From: Strigamia acuminata
Taxonomy: Eukaryota
Direction: 5' to 3'
NCBI GenBank assembly: GCA_949358305.1
Contig: OX442314.1
Location: 8,370,001-8,434,000, forward strand
DNA: 64,000 nucleotides
The translations under genes were made by a program, and so were the position numbers. This document shows positions 25,311 to 35,618 of this stretch, in pieces. Position 1 is the first letter of the stretch; each line of letters begins with the position of its first letter. The notes under the pieces were generated by a model. The model was not told the origin of the DNA. It saw only the letters and a program-made list of their open reading frames with translations, and ran no database searches.

Positions 25311-28300
25311 ATGGCGACTCCTTCAGAGAAGAGACCGAGAGGAAGGCCGGCGAAGAGACGAGTGGCGATCGATCTACCAGTCGTGGATCAAGAAGTGACT
25401 GAGTCACAAGAATTGTTTGAAGCCATGGATCAAACAGCTAACTGTAACTCGGCACAGTTAATCGTGAATGAATTCACGCAAGCGTTGGAGCGACAACAGC
25501 CATCCCCGCCCAGCGGCCAGTTGGACTTAAACAATCCAACTGGAAGTGGCCGTTCCAAGTCGCAAAACGATGATTTGAATTTACGAATTCAATCATCAAG
25601 TGCAGAGCACTCGCTGAATTCATCACCGGTTCAAGGTGCAGCACAACAAGATTCTGAGAACTCCAATATGGAAGTTTCTCATTCTCCCGTGCGTGTTACC
25701 ATGATGGACGCACTCCGTGAGCAAGCTAGGCTCGAGGGAGTAATAGTCACTAGCGAAATGACTGTGGAACAAATCCACAAAGCTATGGTTCGCAAACAAA
25801 GTCAAAAAGACGTTGAAATCGTCAGAACAAGCTTGCAAGCAGAGTTCGAGCGAATGCGTGCAGAAATGCATCAGCAAAATGCCGAACTAAAACAACAACG
25901 TGCGAATGACCATGTTAAGTTGTTACAATTAGAGCAGGAAAAAGCTTCCTGGCTAATTACTGACGAAGAGCAACAACAAAGGCTCGAGCAACTAAATCAA
26001 GCCCAAAAAGATTTAGAAATTGCTAATGAAAATTTGAGATTGGCCAACGCAAATTTGCGAGAAGCCAACACGAATTTAATGACTGCCGAACTAACCGCCC
26101 CAGTTCGAGCGAGGGAAGAAATTCCCTCCACTTCTCGAAATTACGAGAATCATGCTGCAGAGCAAGCAGCAAGAGCTAAGAGATTAGCACAACGAGAAAA
26201 CGAAGTATTTCTCGCTCGACAGCAGTCCGTAATTGATGCTGGTCAAGCCGCCAAAAGTCAAAGTACTGCAGAGCAGTTATTACGTGCCGACTTAGCTGCG
26301 CAAGCTCGTGAAAACGAAATTCTTCGCGCAGATCTGTTGACGGTACAAGAGAACTTTGCAGTAGTCGTACAAAAAGTACAAGACGTTTGCGGCGAAGATA
26401 ATTTTGCAAAGCCAGCCCCAGTTTTGCAAAAAGGTGCTTCCAAATCACCTGAGTTGATTGATTTAACATCAGCTAAACCAAAAGTCAGTCGACAATCAAG
26501 TTGGACTGACAGCGATGACTCACGCAGTAGTCGTGGAAGCCGTAATAGTCATCACAGTCGCAAAAAGAGAAAGCGACAACCAGACCCGACCGAATATCAT
26601 TCCCCAAAAGTTCCGCAAAATTCGGATAGATTCTTTAGCAATAGTGACCAATTAATTGGATTGCTGGCGAAAAAGAATAAAGAACGTGAGAAACCACACG
26701 ATCGTGGACGGTCACACGATAATCCGCGAGAAGGCTCACCAAAACGAGATTGTCACAACGACATCCGTGATGGGCCGAGATACCGTGGAAATCCGCCAGG
26801 TGGTGACCCACCAGGTGGAGACAGTTCAGATGGACATGGAGGTGGCCACTCACGTGACCACAATTCGAATGGCAATCGAAATGGAAGGGGACCACCAAAT
26901 GGAGACCGTCGTCCGCCAGATGGCGACGATCCTCCGGACCCTGATCCGCCGCCAAATCCGAATCATGAATCTGCGTCAGATACAGATTCCTCACGTCCCA
27001 GTGTGAGAGGGCGATCTCGTCACAGAACACGTAGTAGAACTCAAAGACCCGATTTTTACACGAAAGATGAGATTGACCAGTTGTTGAGGCAAAATGCTCA
27101 ACAACAGCGAAAAAGCAGAAGGGATAAAATTATTTTGCAAAAAATAAGTGAATTTACTTCTGATAAATGGACTCATCAAACAACAGATGAAAAGTTCATT
27201 AGATGGGATCGAGTTATCCCACATGCCTATAATGGAAATTGGCAAGCAGGGTCAAACCTCTTGCTGGAAATATTCGAACTAGGCAAAGTTCACAGTTTTA
27301 GCTGTGAAGGTGCATTGGCCCATCTAGTACCAAGAATACTAGTTGGCGGTGTCAAGGAGTGGTTTCGCAGGAAAGACTTCACGAAGTGGGATGACTTCGT
27401 TAAACAATTTATGTTTAAATTTGGTGAATCGAGCGAAGACATCAAGACGCTTTGGAGATGTCTTAAGCAACGAAAAGGCGAAAGCTTACATTCGTACATG
27501 CTAAGAGCAGAGAATCTGCTTGGCAGAATGCCACATGCTGTTACTGATGCAACAGCAGATGATCAGTTTAGAGCTGGCCTCACAGAATATAGTAAAAATA
27601 TTCTGATGATGTCGGACGCTCCCGACCCGGGGAAATTCTCCGAGTTAAACGAATTCATGGAAGTCAATCAATTGCGCATTGACGAAAAGTACAAAGCTTA
27701 CCTTACAGAAAGCGAAAGGTCAGCGTACTTAAAGCGAGAGAAAAGACTCGCTGAGCAAAACAATGAAACCTTTAATGGTTTGAAATTGTTGCAGCCACCT
27801 AGTTACGAAGACTTTCTAGACGAAGTGGATGAGAAGAGTTCGAAAAAAGAATCTTCCAAAAAGGACGTCAAAAATCCTCATTCAGTTCCTAAGTTACATG
27901 CAAATATAACAGGAGCTGAAACTCCGTCGTCTGAAGCTGAAGAAGCTGAAGAGGAGGAGGAAGCAGGAGATGAGACGTTGGCTTTATTAGCCAAAGCAGC
28001 GGCGCTGTTAGCAAAAAATAACCCCGTTGCAGGCAAATGGAAGCCAAAAATGAAACCAAAAAATGTTTCATTTGACGCATCAAAGGTGAATACCGAAAGG
28101 AATTCAAAATCACCCGCGGTGTCGCCAGAGCGCCGGTCTGACGCTCGTTCTCGTTCTGCCTCACCAGCAGCAACGAAAAAGAAATCGCCTGCCACTGATC
28201 CATGCAATTTATGCAAAAAATTAGGGCATTGGCAAAAAGACTGCCCATCCTCTAAAAAGGACAAACCAGTGTCAACAGCTGAGTTTGAAAAAGCAGTCAA

Positions 28301-28334
28301 GATCATAACTGACATGTTTCGAAAAAACTTGTAG
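25311..28334 (+). CDS. gag: Gag polyprotein (1007 aa)
   Basis: Long ORF after the PBS. Coiled coil, retrotransposon capsid region (WF...WDDFVKQF..KF; KQRKGESLHSY) and CCHC knuckle CNLCKKLGHWQKDC. N-terminal KRPRGRP AT-hook-like motif. Confidence 0.95.
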   Translation: MATPSEKRPRGRPAKRRVAIDLPVVDQEVTESQELFEAMDQTANCNSAQLIVNEFTQALERQQPSPPSGQLDLNNPTGSGRSKSQNDDLNLRIQSSSAEHSLNSSPVQGAAQQDSENSNMEVSHSPVRVTMMDALREQARLEGVIVTSEMTVEQIHKAMVRKQSQKDVEIVRTSLQAEFERMRAEMHQQNAELKQQRANDHVKLLQLEQEKASWLITDEEQQQRLEQLNQAQKDLEIANENLRLANANLREANTNLMTAELTAPVRAREEIPSTSRNYENHAAEQAARAKRLAQRENEVFLARQQSVIDAGQAAKSQSTAEQLLRADLAAQARENEILRADLLTVQENFAVVVQKVQDVCGEDNFAKPAPVLQKGASKSPELIDLTSAKPKVSRQSSWTDSDDSRSSRGSRNSHHSRKKRKRQPDPTEYHSPKVPQNSDRFFSNSDQLIGLLAKKNKEREKPHDRGRSHDNPREGSPKRDCHNDIRDGPRYRGNPPGGDPPGGDSSDGHGGGHSRDHNSNGNRNGRGPPNGDRRPPDGDDPPDPDPPPNPNHESASDTDSSRPSVRGRSRHRTRSRTQRPDFYTKDEIDQLLRQNAQQQRKSRRDKIILQKISEFTSDKWTHQTTDEKFIRWDRVIPHAYNGNWQAGSNLLLEIFELGKVHSFSCEGALAHLVPRILVGGVKEWFRRKDFTKWDDFVKQFMFKFGESSEDIKTLWRCLKQRKGESLHSYMLRAENLLGRMPHAVTDATADDQFRAGLTEYSKNILMMSDAPDPGKFSELNEFMEVNQLRIDEKYKAYLTESERSAYLKREKRLAEQNNETFNGLKLLQPPSYEDFLDEVDEKSSKKESSKKDVKNPHSVPKLHANITGAETPSSEAEEAEEEEEAGDETLALLAKAAALLAKNNPVAGKWKPKMKPKNVSFDASKVNTERNSKSPAVSPERRSDARSRSASPAATKKKSPATDPCNLCKKLGHWQKDCPSSKKDKPVSTAEFEKAVKIITDMFRKNL

Positions 28335-28368
28335 ACGCAGATCCATCAGGTCTAGTGGACGCTGCGTC
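28322..28368 (+). promoter_or_regulatory. -1 ribosomal frameshift signal (A AAA AAC plus stem-loop)
   Basis: Heptamer 28322-28328 is in the gag frame just before TTG TAG. The pol frame is -1 and open across it. Hairpin GACGCAG(28334-40)/CTGCGTC(28362-68) with inner TCCA/TGGA. Confidence 0.85.
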
Positions 28369-31300
28369 ACCTCCGAAATCGGAATCAGAGAATGAAAATC
28401 TGAAGATAATGGAAGATGTTGGAGAAGTTATTGATGAATTAATTCGTCAAACAGAACTAAAAGAAAAAGGATCTCTTGATGTAAAAAAGGAGATTGTCGG
28501 CGAAACTCCGACTGAAGAAGACACTTCCAATATTAAAGATAAAGTTGAAGTTAAAGACGATAGACCAAGCTCAGTTCCAGAGACACCTGGAATTGAGGAG
28601 TGCATTAAGTTATTTGCAGCTACAACTCTTGATACCAATGAGTTATTAGATGAATTGCCTTTGGAGCCTCCAATTACAATTCCTCATAAATTGCGCAAGT
28701 TTGAGTGCAAAGTGGCTGGAATACCAAACAGCCAAGACCTTCCGACGTTAAAGTTAGAAACGTTAAAAGGTGTAATAACCGGAATGTTGGACTCAGGAGC
28801 AAATAAAAGCTTCCTAGCCACTTCAGTTATTAATCAATTAGGTCTAGAAAAATATCTACGACCTATCGGACCTGGTGTCAGAGTCACGACGGCAAGTGAA
28901 GAAGTCACTCCAGATGGAACCATTCATCTTTCATTTCGATGGACACATGGCACGTTACGTCATCCGTTCATCGTAATACCAAATAAGTATCCAATGGTAC
29001 TATTGGGTTGCGATTTTATGAATAAATTAAAAATCCAACCTAATCCACAGACGATGTCTTGGAATTTCACGCAACCTGTGGATGCAGATTTACCCTACAT
29101 TCCACAAGCGTTGCTGGATCGTTATTTGGAGAAAATAGAGGAACCCGATTCCTCATTTGTGACCTTTGCAAAAGCTTACGCTGCAAGTGTAACTCAAAGC
29201 AAAATTGATGAAGAGAATTTCATCCAAAAGTTAGTCAAAGAAGCTAACTTAAATTTGGAGCAATCCAAATTATTAGAAAAGATGTTATCCAAACATAAAA
29301 GGATTATTTCTAAAGATCCAGGTAAAACACACCTGGTTAAGCACAAAATTGAGCTTGACACGGAGAAACCCATCCGTGTCCCCTTTAAGAGCATAAACCC
29401 TCAAAAAAGGGAAATAATCAGACAACTTTGTCAAGACATGATTGACAAAGGCGTAGTCGTCAAAGCTGAAGGCGATTACGGAATGAGGCCAGTCCTAGTC
29501 ATGCGACCAGGAAACGACCCACGCTTGTGCATTGATTTTCGCCCCATCAATACACATACTAAGTACAACCCACCTCAAATGCCAACAATTGAGGAAATTC
29601 TGCGAGAAATCGGAGAATTCGAGTGGGTCAGTACTATAGATCTGACCAAGGGATATTGGCAGATAGAATTGCGCCCTGAAGACAGAGAAAAAACTGCCTT
29701 CTGGAGCCCAATGGGAAGACTAATGTTTTTAGTCATGCCTTTCGGATTAGTAAACGCACCAACTACCTTCCAAGAATTGATGGAAAAAGTTTTGGGTGAC
29801 GTTTACAGAAAATTTGCATGGGCATATTTGGATGACATAATTGTTGTATCTAAATCGTTCGAAGAACACATTAAACATTTAGATATAGTGTTTAAAAAAT
29901 TGGCAGAAGCTAATTTACATGCGCATCCTGGCAAGACGCATCTCTGTAGAAAGGAATTAATTTTTCTAGGCTACAAAGTAGGAGTAGAAGGACTTGCAGT
30001 AGACCCTAAAAAAGTCGCTGCAATTACGCAATTTCCGGCTCCTACCAATCTTAAGGAATTACAAAGATTTCTAGGCATGGTGAATTTCTTTCACCGCCTA
30101 ATCAAGAATTTGGCCACAGTGGCAGAACCACTAAGGCCACTCTTGAAGAAAGATGCGGAGTTCGATTGGGAACTGCATCATCAAGCAGCATTCGACGCAA
30201 TAAAAGACCTGCTTACGAATGCTGAAACAATGAAGATGCCTGACTTGTACATGCCATTTATTGTTCATACTGACGCCAGTAAACAAGGGTTGGGTGCAGC
30301 CCTTACACAAAAGAAAATTGTGGATGGCCAAGAAGTCGAAATGCCATGCGTGTATGCAAGCAGAAGCTTGCAACCCGCTGAAAAGAATTATACTGTGACA
30401 GAATTAGAATGTCTCGCAGTAGTATGGGGATTACGCAAATTTCGCCCATACTTAGAGTACACTACATTCACTGTACAAACGGATCACCAAGCACTTAAGT
30501 GGTTGATGTCGTTATCTGACCCGTCGGGCAGATTAGCTCGTTGGCAAATGGAGCTAATGGCGTATTCGTTCGAAATACAATACGTCAAAGGTCCGCTGAA
30601 TGTAATAGCAGACGCATTGTCACGTGCACCTGTCAGCGCACCTGACGAACCAGAAGACGATGGCGATAATGATGATTTATTATCATATTGTCCATCTCCT
30701 TGCCGAAGTTGGCAAATGGGAAAATTGAACGAATTACCCAAGTCAATAATAGTTAATGACGACGATCAAGCATTAATTAATTTTTGTATTAACATGCATG
30801 ATCCGTCAGGAACCCCTGACGTCGAATTAAGAGCTATGATGGCTAAAAAATTCGAGCTGCCAACAACAAATGTTTTAATTAAAGCATTTGCAGCTAAAAT
30901 TGCGAAGCAATTAGAATGTGATCCTCCAACGAGAGATGACATTATTGCAGCGCAAAAAGCAGACGAATTTTGCCAACATATTCGCAATTACTTGCTAAAC
31001 AAGCAATATCCAAGTTACATAGTAACTCATCTTCAAAGAAGAAACTTTGAAAGACACGCGAGTACTTATCTCATTGAAGAAGATATGCTACTCCATTATC
31101 ATCCTACCTCCACCGATGAATTGGGAGAGGATGGTAGGGCACTTAAAGTTGTTGTGCCAAGAAAATTGATTTATAAAATCATTTGGTTGATGCACGGACA
31201 TCCACTGTCCGGCCACCCAGGCATTGCGAGGACAATGTACCGAACTCGAAGAGTTTATACCTGGAAAGGTATGAAACGTGATATTACACGTTTTATTCAA

Positions 31301-32581
31301 CATTGTCAAGGATGTCAGGCATGTAAGCCGAGATCAAAGACCGAAATTGAAGGCGCTCAAATTGGACCATTTGGACCATTTGACTGCCTCAGTGTGGATT
31401 TGTCTGGTCCCAAACCAAGAACCAGAAAAAACAATACCCACATTTGCGTCATCGTAGATGTCGCTACACATTGGCCCGAATTATTTCCAATGTGTAATCC
31501 AACGGCAATAAAAGTTGCCAACACAATTTATCACTTATCAATGACTTTCGGATTTCCGAGACAAATCATAAGTGATAATGGACCACAATTTCGATCACAG
31601 GTCTATAAAGAATTTTGCAAAAAATTCGACATGTCGCGAACACCGACATCGATTTATCATCCACAAAGCAATCCTGTGGAGAGAACCAATCGAGATATTA
31701 AATATTTAGTTTCGATTTATTTAGATATTCATGACCAATGGGATGAGTATCTACGCGAATTTGCATTCAGTTTGAGAACAACTGTAACAAGAGGCAGAGA
31801 TTATTCTCCTGCTTTCTTAAATTTTTTCCGAGAATTAAGAATTCCTTGGGATCCAAGAATTCCGGAAGGAATTTTAGTCATTGATCCAAAAAATCCGCAT
31901 TTATATGTTCAGAAATTAGAAACAATAATTGCAGAGACGTATCAGCATATGATGTCTCACGTCTTAGATTTGAGACGCCGTGTCGAAGCTGAAAAATCAG
32001 ATAAGAAATTCGACAACTTCAGACAAAATGATTTAGTCTGGCGAGAGTCTCATATTCTCTCAAATGCCGCTAAAGGAATAGCAGCAGGCATTTCACCGAA
32101 AAGGAATGGGCCTTATGTAATTATCAAAAGGTTACAAGGAGGCGCCTTTCAACTTCGACGGCTGAGTGATAATAAAATTTATCCAGCTGTTCACGGCACT
32201 GAATTAATGCCGTACTTTCCCGTTTTCAACCAAGAAATTTGGCTGGAAGGGGAGGAAGTGGGTCAAAAAACAAAGAATATTGTTAATACCTTGGATGATG
32301 CTAAATTATCCAAAATTCCTGTCGAAAACACGGAATCGAGTAAAAAATCGAAACTCAAAAATAACGAAGTCGATGAAATAAACCAGCGACTTGAAAATGT
32401 TTCTCTTGATGAAAATCTAGAAAAGGAAATGTTTTTAGAAAAAGAGAAAATTTCAAACAATGAAGTATATAACTCATCTGACATTGGAGACGATGCTGAT
32501 GACAATCTAAACAAGTTGGATTGTACTTCGCGAAAGTCAAAGTACAACTTGAGATCTCGCGTTCCGCGAGCCAAGACATAG
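28322..32581 (+). CDS. pol: Pol polyprotein (protease, RT, RNase H, integrase), expressed as Gag-Pol
   Basis: LDSGA protease, YLDD RT, TDAS..GLGA/ELECLAVVW RNase H, HHCC plus D,D,E integrase (VDL, SDNG, VER) and GPY motif. Confidence 0.97.
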   Translation, partial: KKLVDADPSGLVDAASPPKSESENENLKIMEDVGEVIDELIRQTELKEKGSLDVKKEIVGETPTEEDTSNIKDKVEVKDDRPSSVPETPGIEECIKLFAATTLDTNELLDELPLEPPITIPHKLRKFECKVAGIPNSQDLPTLKLETLKGVITGMLDSGANKSFLATSVINQLGLEKYLRPIGPGVRVTTASEEVTPDGTIHLSFRWTHGTLRHPFIVIPNKYPMVLLGCDFMNKLKIQPNPQTMSWNFTQPVDADLPYIPQALLDRYLEKIEEPDSSFVTFAKAYAASVTQSKIDEENFIQKLVKEANLNLEQSKLLEKMLSKHKRIISKDPGKTHLVKHKIELDTEKPIRVPFKSINPQKREIIRQLCQDMIDKGVVVKAEGDYGMRPVLVMRPGNDPRLCIDFRPINTHTKYNPPQMPTIEEILREIGEFEWVSTIDLTKGYWQIELRPEDREKTAFWSPMGRLMFLVMPFGLVNAPTTFQELMEKVLGDVYRKFAWAYLDDIIVVSKSFEEHIKHLDIVFKKLAEANLHAHPGKTHLCRKELIFLGYKVGVEGLAVDPKKVAAITQFPAPTNLKELQRFLGMVNFFHRLIKNLATVAEPLRPLLKKDAEFDWELHHQAAFDAIKDLLTNAETMKMPDLYMPFIVHTDASKQGLGAALTQKKIVDGQEVEMPCVYASRSLQPAEKNYTVTELECLAVVWGLRKFRPYLEYTTFTVQTDHQALKWLMSLSDPSGRLARWQMELMAYSFEIQYVKGPLNVIADALSRAPVSAPDEPEDDGDNDDLLSYCPSPCRSWQMGKLNELPKSIIVNDDDQALINFCINMHDPSGTPDVELRAMMAKKFELPTTNVLIKAFAAKIAKQLECDPPTRDDIIAAQKADEFCQHIRNYLLNKQYPSYIVTHLQRRNFERHASTYLIEEDMLLHYHPTSTDELGEDGRALKVVVPRKLIYKIIWLMHGHPLSGHPGIARTMYRTRRVYTWKGMKRDITRFIQHCQGCQACKPRSKTEIEGAQIGPFGPFDCLSVDLSGPKPRTRKNNTHICVIVDVATHWPELFPMCNPTAIKVANTIYHLSMTFGFPRQIISDNGPQFRSQVYKEFCKKFDMSRTPTSIYHPQSNPVERTNRDIKYLVSIYLDIHDQWDEYLREFAFSLRTTVTRGRDYSPAFLNFFRELRIPWDPRIPEGILVIDPKNPHLYVQKLETIIAETYQHMMSHVLDLRRRVEAEKSDKKFDNFRQNDLVWRESHILSNAAKGIAAGISPKRNGPYVIIKRLQGGAFQLRRLSDNKIYPAVHGTELMPYFPVFNQEIWLEGEEVGQKTKNIVNTLDDAKLSKIPVENTESSKKSKLKNNEVDEINQRLENVSLDENLEKEMFLEKEKISNNEVYNSSDIGDDADDNLNKLDCTSRKSKYNLRSRVPRAKT

Positions 32582-32629
32582 TGTTGTCTTTCACCTTTTG
32601 GGTTTACCCAAAAGATCCGAGAAAGCAAT

Positions 32630-32750
32630 CTCGTGACGTCATTCGTAGTACCCGCTCGAATGACAACGTTAATCATACGTTATAATTAGTGACGTCACAA
32701 AGCGTCTCTAATCCAAGTTCGTGTTTGCAATCAACGAACTTAGTCACTTT
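32630..32750 (+). promoter_or_regulatory. Candidate internal promoter for ORF3
   Basis: Two TGACGTCA (CRE) palindromes (~32634, ~32690), TATAAT (~32682) and Inr-like TTAGTC (~32740), just upstream of ATG 32771. Confidence 0.4.
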
Positions 32751-32770
32751 TTCAAAAGTTTCGAGAGTGT

Positions 32771-35566
32771 ATGCATCGCATCGCCTACGTTACGACCCGA
32801 ATAGTTCGACAACCTGATCGTAAGTAATTTTTCTGTATGAAAAATTTGATAAAACATAAGATTTATGTATTATTTCTCTTTCAAGACGAAAGAATTTCCG
32901 AAATTACCGGAAAACGAAAGAGAATGGACGAGGAAGCGATCCAACTCCAGGCGGACGGAGAAATGCCCATGGAAGGGGCAAATGAAGACGTTCAATTGAC
33001 GCTTCAACAACGGGTAAATTATTAGAATAAATTTTTACCAAGTGTTTAAGTCAGAAAAATTGAGTAATTTCACTTTTCCTGACTTCAAACACAAGCCGCT
33101 AAAAAATAAAAATGGCGGCTATAAAAGTCACGTGCTTCAAGCATGTGCGAAGGGAGTTGCCATGACAACCAACATCCCTTAGTGACTCACAGCCACAAGC
33201 GCTAAGCTTAAAAAATATTTCAAATAAGAAATTATTTGTTTATTTTTAAATAAACTAATTTATTTATTTTTCTTCGAATATAGATCGAGAGGGATCGAGA
33301 AACACCATTCGCGCTTCCCGATCACGTGCCGACTCAGCACCCGCTGATTTTTCGAGCGGCATTGCCCGAAAAAATCAGAAGACTGAAGACGGCAAACAAT
33401 ACCTGGTGGAAGTTGCGCCACGACTTCAGCAGATCAGCGCTGCAAGGATTTGGTGCAAAAGGAAGATTCATCGAGCGCCTTCACGTGGACGGTGTCGACG
33501 AAATCGAGTGGACGCTCGACGAGAGCCCCCCAGGACCGCTTGCAGCAGAGTTGCTGCACAACCAGTGGCCAGTGACGCCACGAGAGCGTCACGAGCGCAG
33601 AAGAGCGCTAAAGAGTACCGGAATTAATTACGGTGCTCTAACCCAATTGAGGAAGAACCTCAAGACGACACAACGCGAAGTCGTTAAACGGTATCGCAAA
33701 TCCGTTCGTGACGGGAACCCACAACTTCCCGTCACACAAACCGAGCTCCACCAGTTGGCGCTCGCCGGGTGTTTTAACGATTTTCCGGGATTTTTCCCGT
33801 CCAAAGCACTCCGAGCTGCCGCGGTGCAGCTTCGCGTCGACGAAAATCGACAACTGGCTCGAGAACACGAGGCAGAGGAGCAAGCGCGTTGCGCTCTCCC
33901 TTTTTATCAAGAAGATGAAATTCCGGCCCCAGCGGCCATCAATCCTCCGCCGCAAGACGAGGATTTGAGGGTGGGGCAACTCCCTCCGCCGGTTCCAGTC
34001 CGACCGATGTTCCGCGAATCAAGCCGCGATCGAGAGGAACGTCAGAGGCGATCACGCCCATATTCGACTGACGCGCAGCCATCACGCCCGCAGTCGCGAC
34101 GAGGACGGACACCAGAGTCGTTTGGCTCGTCGTCTTCGCTGAGTTTCGAATCGGACTCCACAATTAAGTCCGCCCGAAGTAGCCGAACCGCCTCCACGTT
34201 CAAAGTGGACAACCCGGCTACTCCATACGCCATGAGACGTGTCGTCGGTGATATTTCTCCCGACTGTAGTGTGCCTGTACCTGGACACGCTAGCCGCTTG
34301 CCCGAACAAGGTTATGTTTCCCGCTTGCCGGCTGGAGTTAGCAACCTGCAACTCCGGCCATTTTTCAGTGAGTCGTTCGGCCCACAATGGACCTGCTACG
34401 AGCAGCAACCCATTAGAGCGCAGCAGGAAGTGCTCCAGAAGCTGGACGCATACCAAAGCGCCCAGATCGCCGAGTCACAGAAGGACTGGCAGAGACTAGC
34501 TGAAAGGCTAGAAGTCTCCGACATCAATACCATTGATGATCCCCGCCTGATGGATTTTCAGCGTCAGCTAATTCCGGGGATGACTAGGGTGTTGTACCCT
34601 GGTGTTCTTCCTTCGCCAGGACAGGCGTTAGCGGCCATTACGTACCTTTGGACCGCGCCGATGGGCCTGTCGGAGAAGAAAGTCGAGCTGTGGTACCACC
34701 TCAGGCTCGACCCGCCTACGATCTTAGCCGAGCTAATAAAGCAAGTCGTAGCAAACGGTGAGACCGAAGAAGAGGCCGCCGTTCGGTTGCGAACCGAGTG
34801 GTCCTTTGCGAAGGCCACGGCGCGAATGACCGGAAGACCACCGCTTCCAGTTACAAGCGCCACAGCAGCTGCGTCACTGGCTGTTTTCCAGTCGGCTCAA
34901 GAGGGCGCTGGATGTTCATTTTGGCCAGAGAACGCCGGAAGTTCTCAAACTCCAGCCGGAGTTCAACGGGTAGTCGAAACCCGTCAGCTCCCCGGTGTGG
35001 GTCGAGCACCGGGACGAGGCGTCACACCCTCGTCAACCTCCGCACCCGCGTTGGTTTTCTTGGGCCCGCAGTGCCATTTTGACGATGCCACGACGGAAGA
35101 CTCACGTCCGCCGCCGCCGCCGCCAGCCAAGCCGGAGACGAAGGTCAAGCCGCTGAAAAAAGAGTCGGCTTTCAAGACCCTGATGCGCCTGTATCCGCAC
35201 TTCTATTTGACGCCGGATACGCGAACACTGCTTAGCAACAACCACAAGTTGTCGAGGCAGGTGTTTATGTGGCTCGAGGACCACATCCGGGTGTTAAGCC
35301 CACCATCAGTGCTCCACGATCGACTCCTGAGAGCACGATTGGCGCCAGAGGATCCCATAGAGTTTGCGGCGCTAGGATTTTTCAACCGAGCGAACTCGGC
35401 GAGAATCATCCAGGTTTGGCTTCATGTCAACCCTGGAATGGTCTCCGGACCAAACGCAGGTCGCGACCTGTGTACGGTTAACGAGCGGTCCAACCCGAGG
35501 GACGACACCACGGATATGATGCGCCCGTTGACGCCTGAGCGAACTCAGACCATGGACGAATCATAA
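32771..35566 (+). CDS. Spliced non-env accessory gene (ORF3) of the Gypsy element (exons 32771-32819, 32886-33013, 33284-35566; ~819 aa), function unknown
   Basis: Donors C|GTAAGT (32820) and CGG|GTAAAT (33014). Acceptors TTTCTCTTTCAAG (32885) and TTTTCTTCGAATATAG (33283). AT-rich introns; both junctions keep frame: MHRIAYVTTRIVRQPDH-ERISEITGKRKRMDEE...LQQR-IERDRETPF...PTQHPL... No signal peptide or TM segment evident. Confidence 0.8.
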
Positions 35567-35605
35567 ATTGGTTCGTTCATTTTCTCTCCATGTAAGATTC
35601 GTCTT

Positions 35606-35618
35606 AAATGGGGGGATG
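35606..35618 (+). other. Polypurine tract
   Basis: AAATGGGGGGATG immediately before the 3' LTR. Confidence 0.8.

Noticed and set aside
33326..35566. ORF3 as a retroviral env
   Set aside because: No signal peptide, fusion peptide or C-terminal TM helix, and few cysteines. The track start is a GTG inside exon 3.
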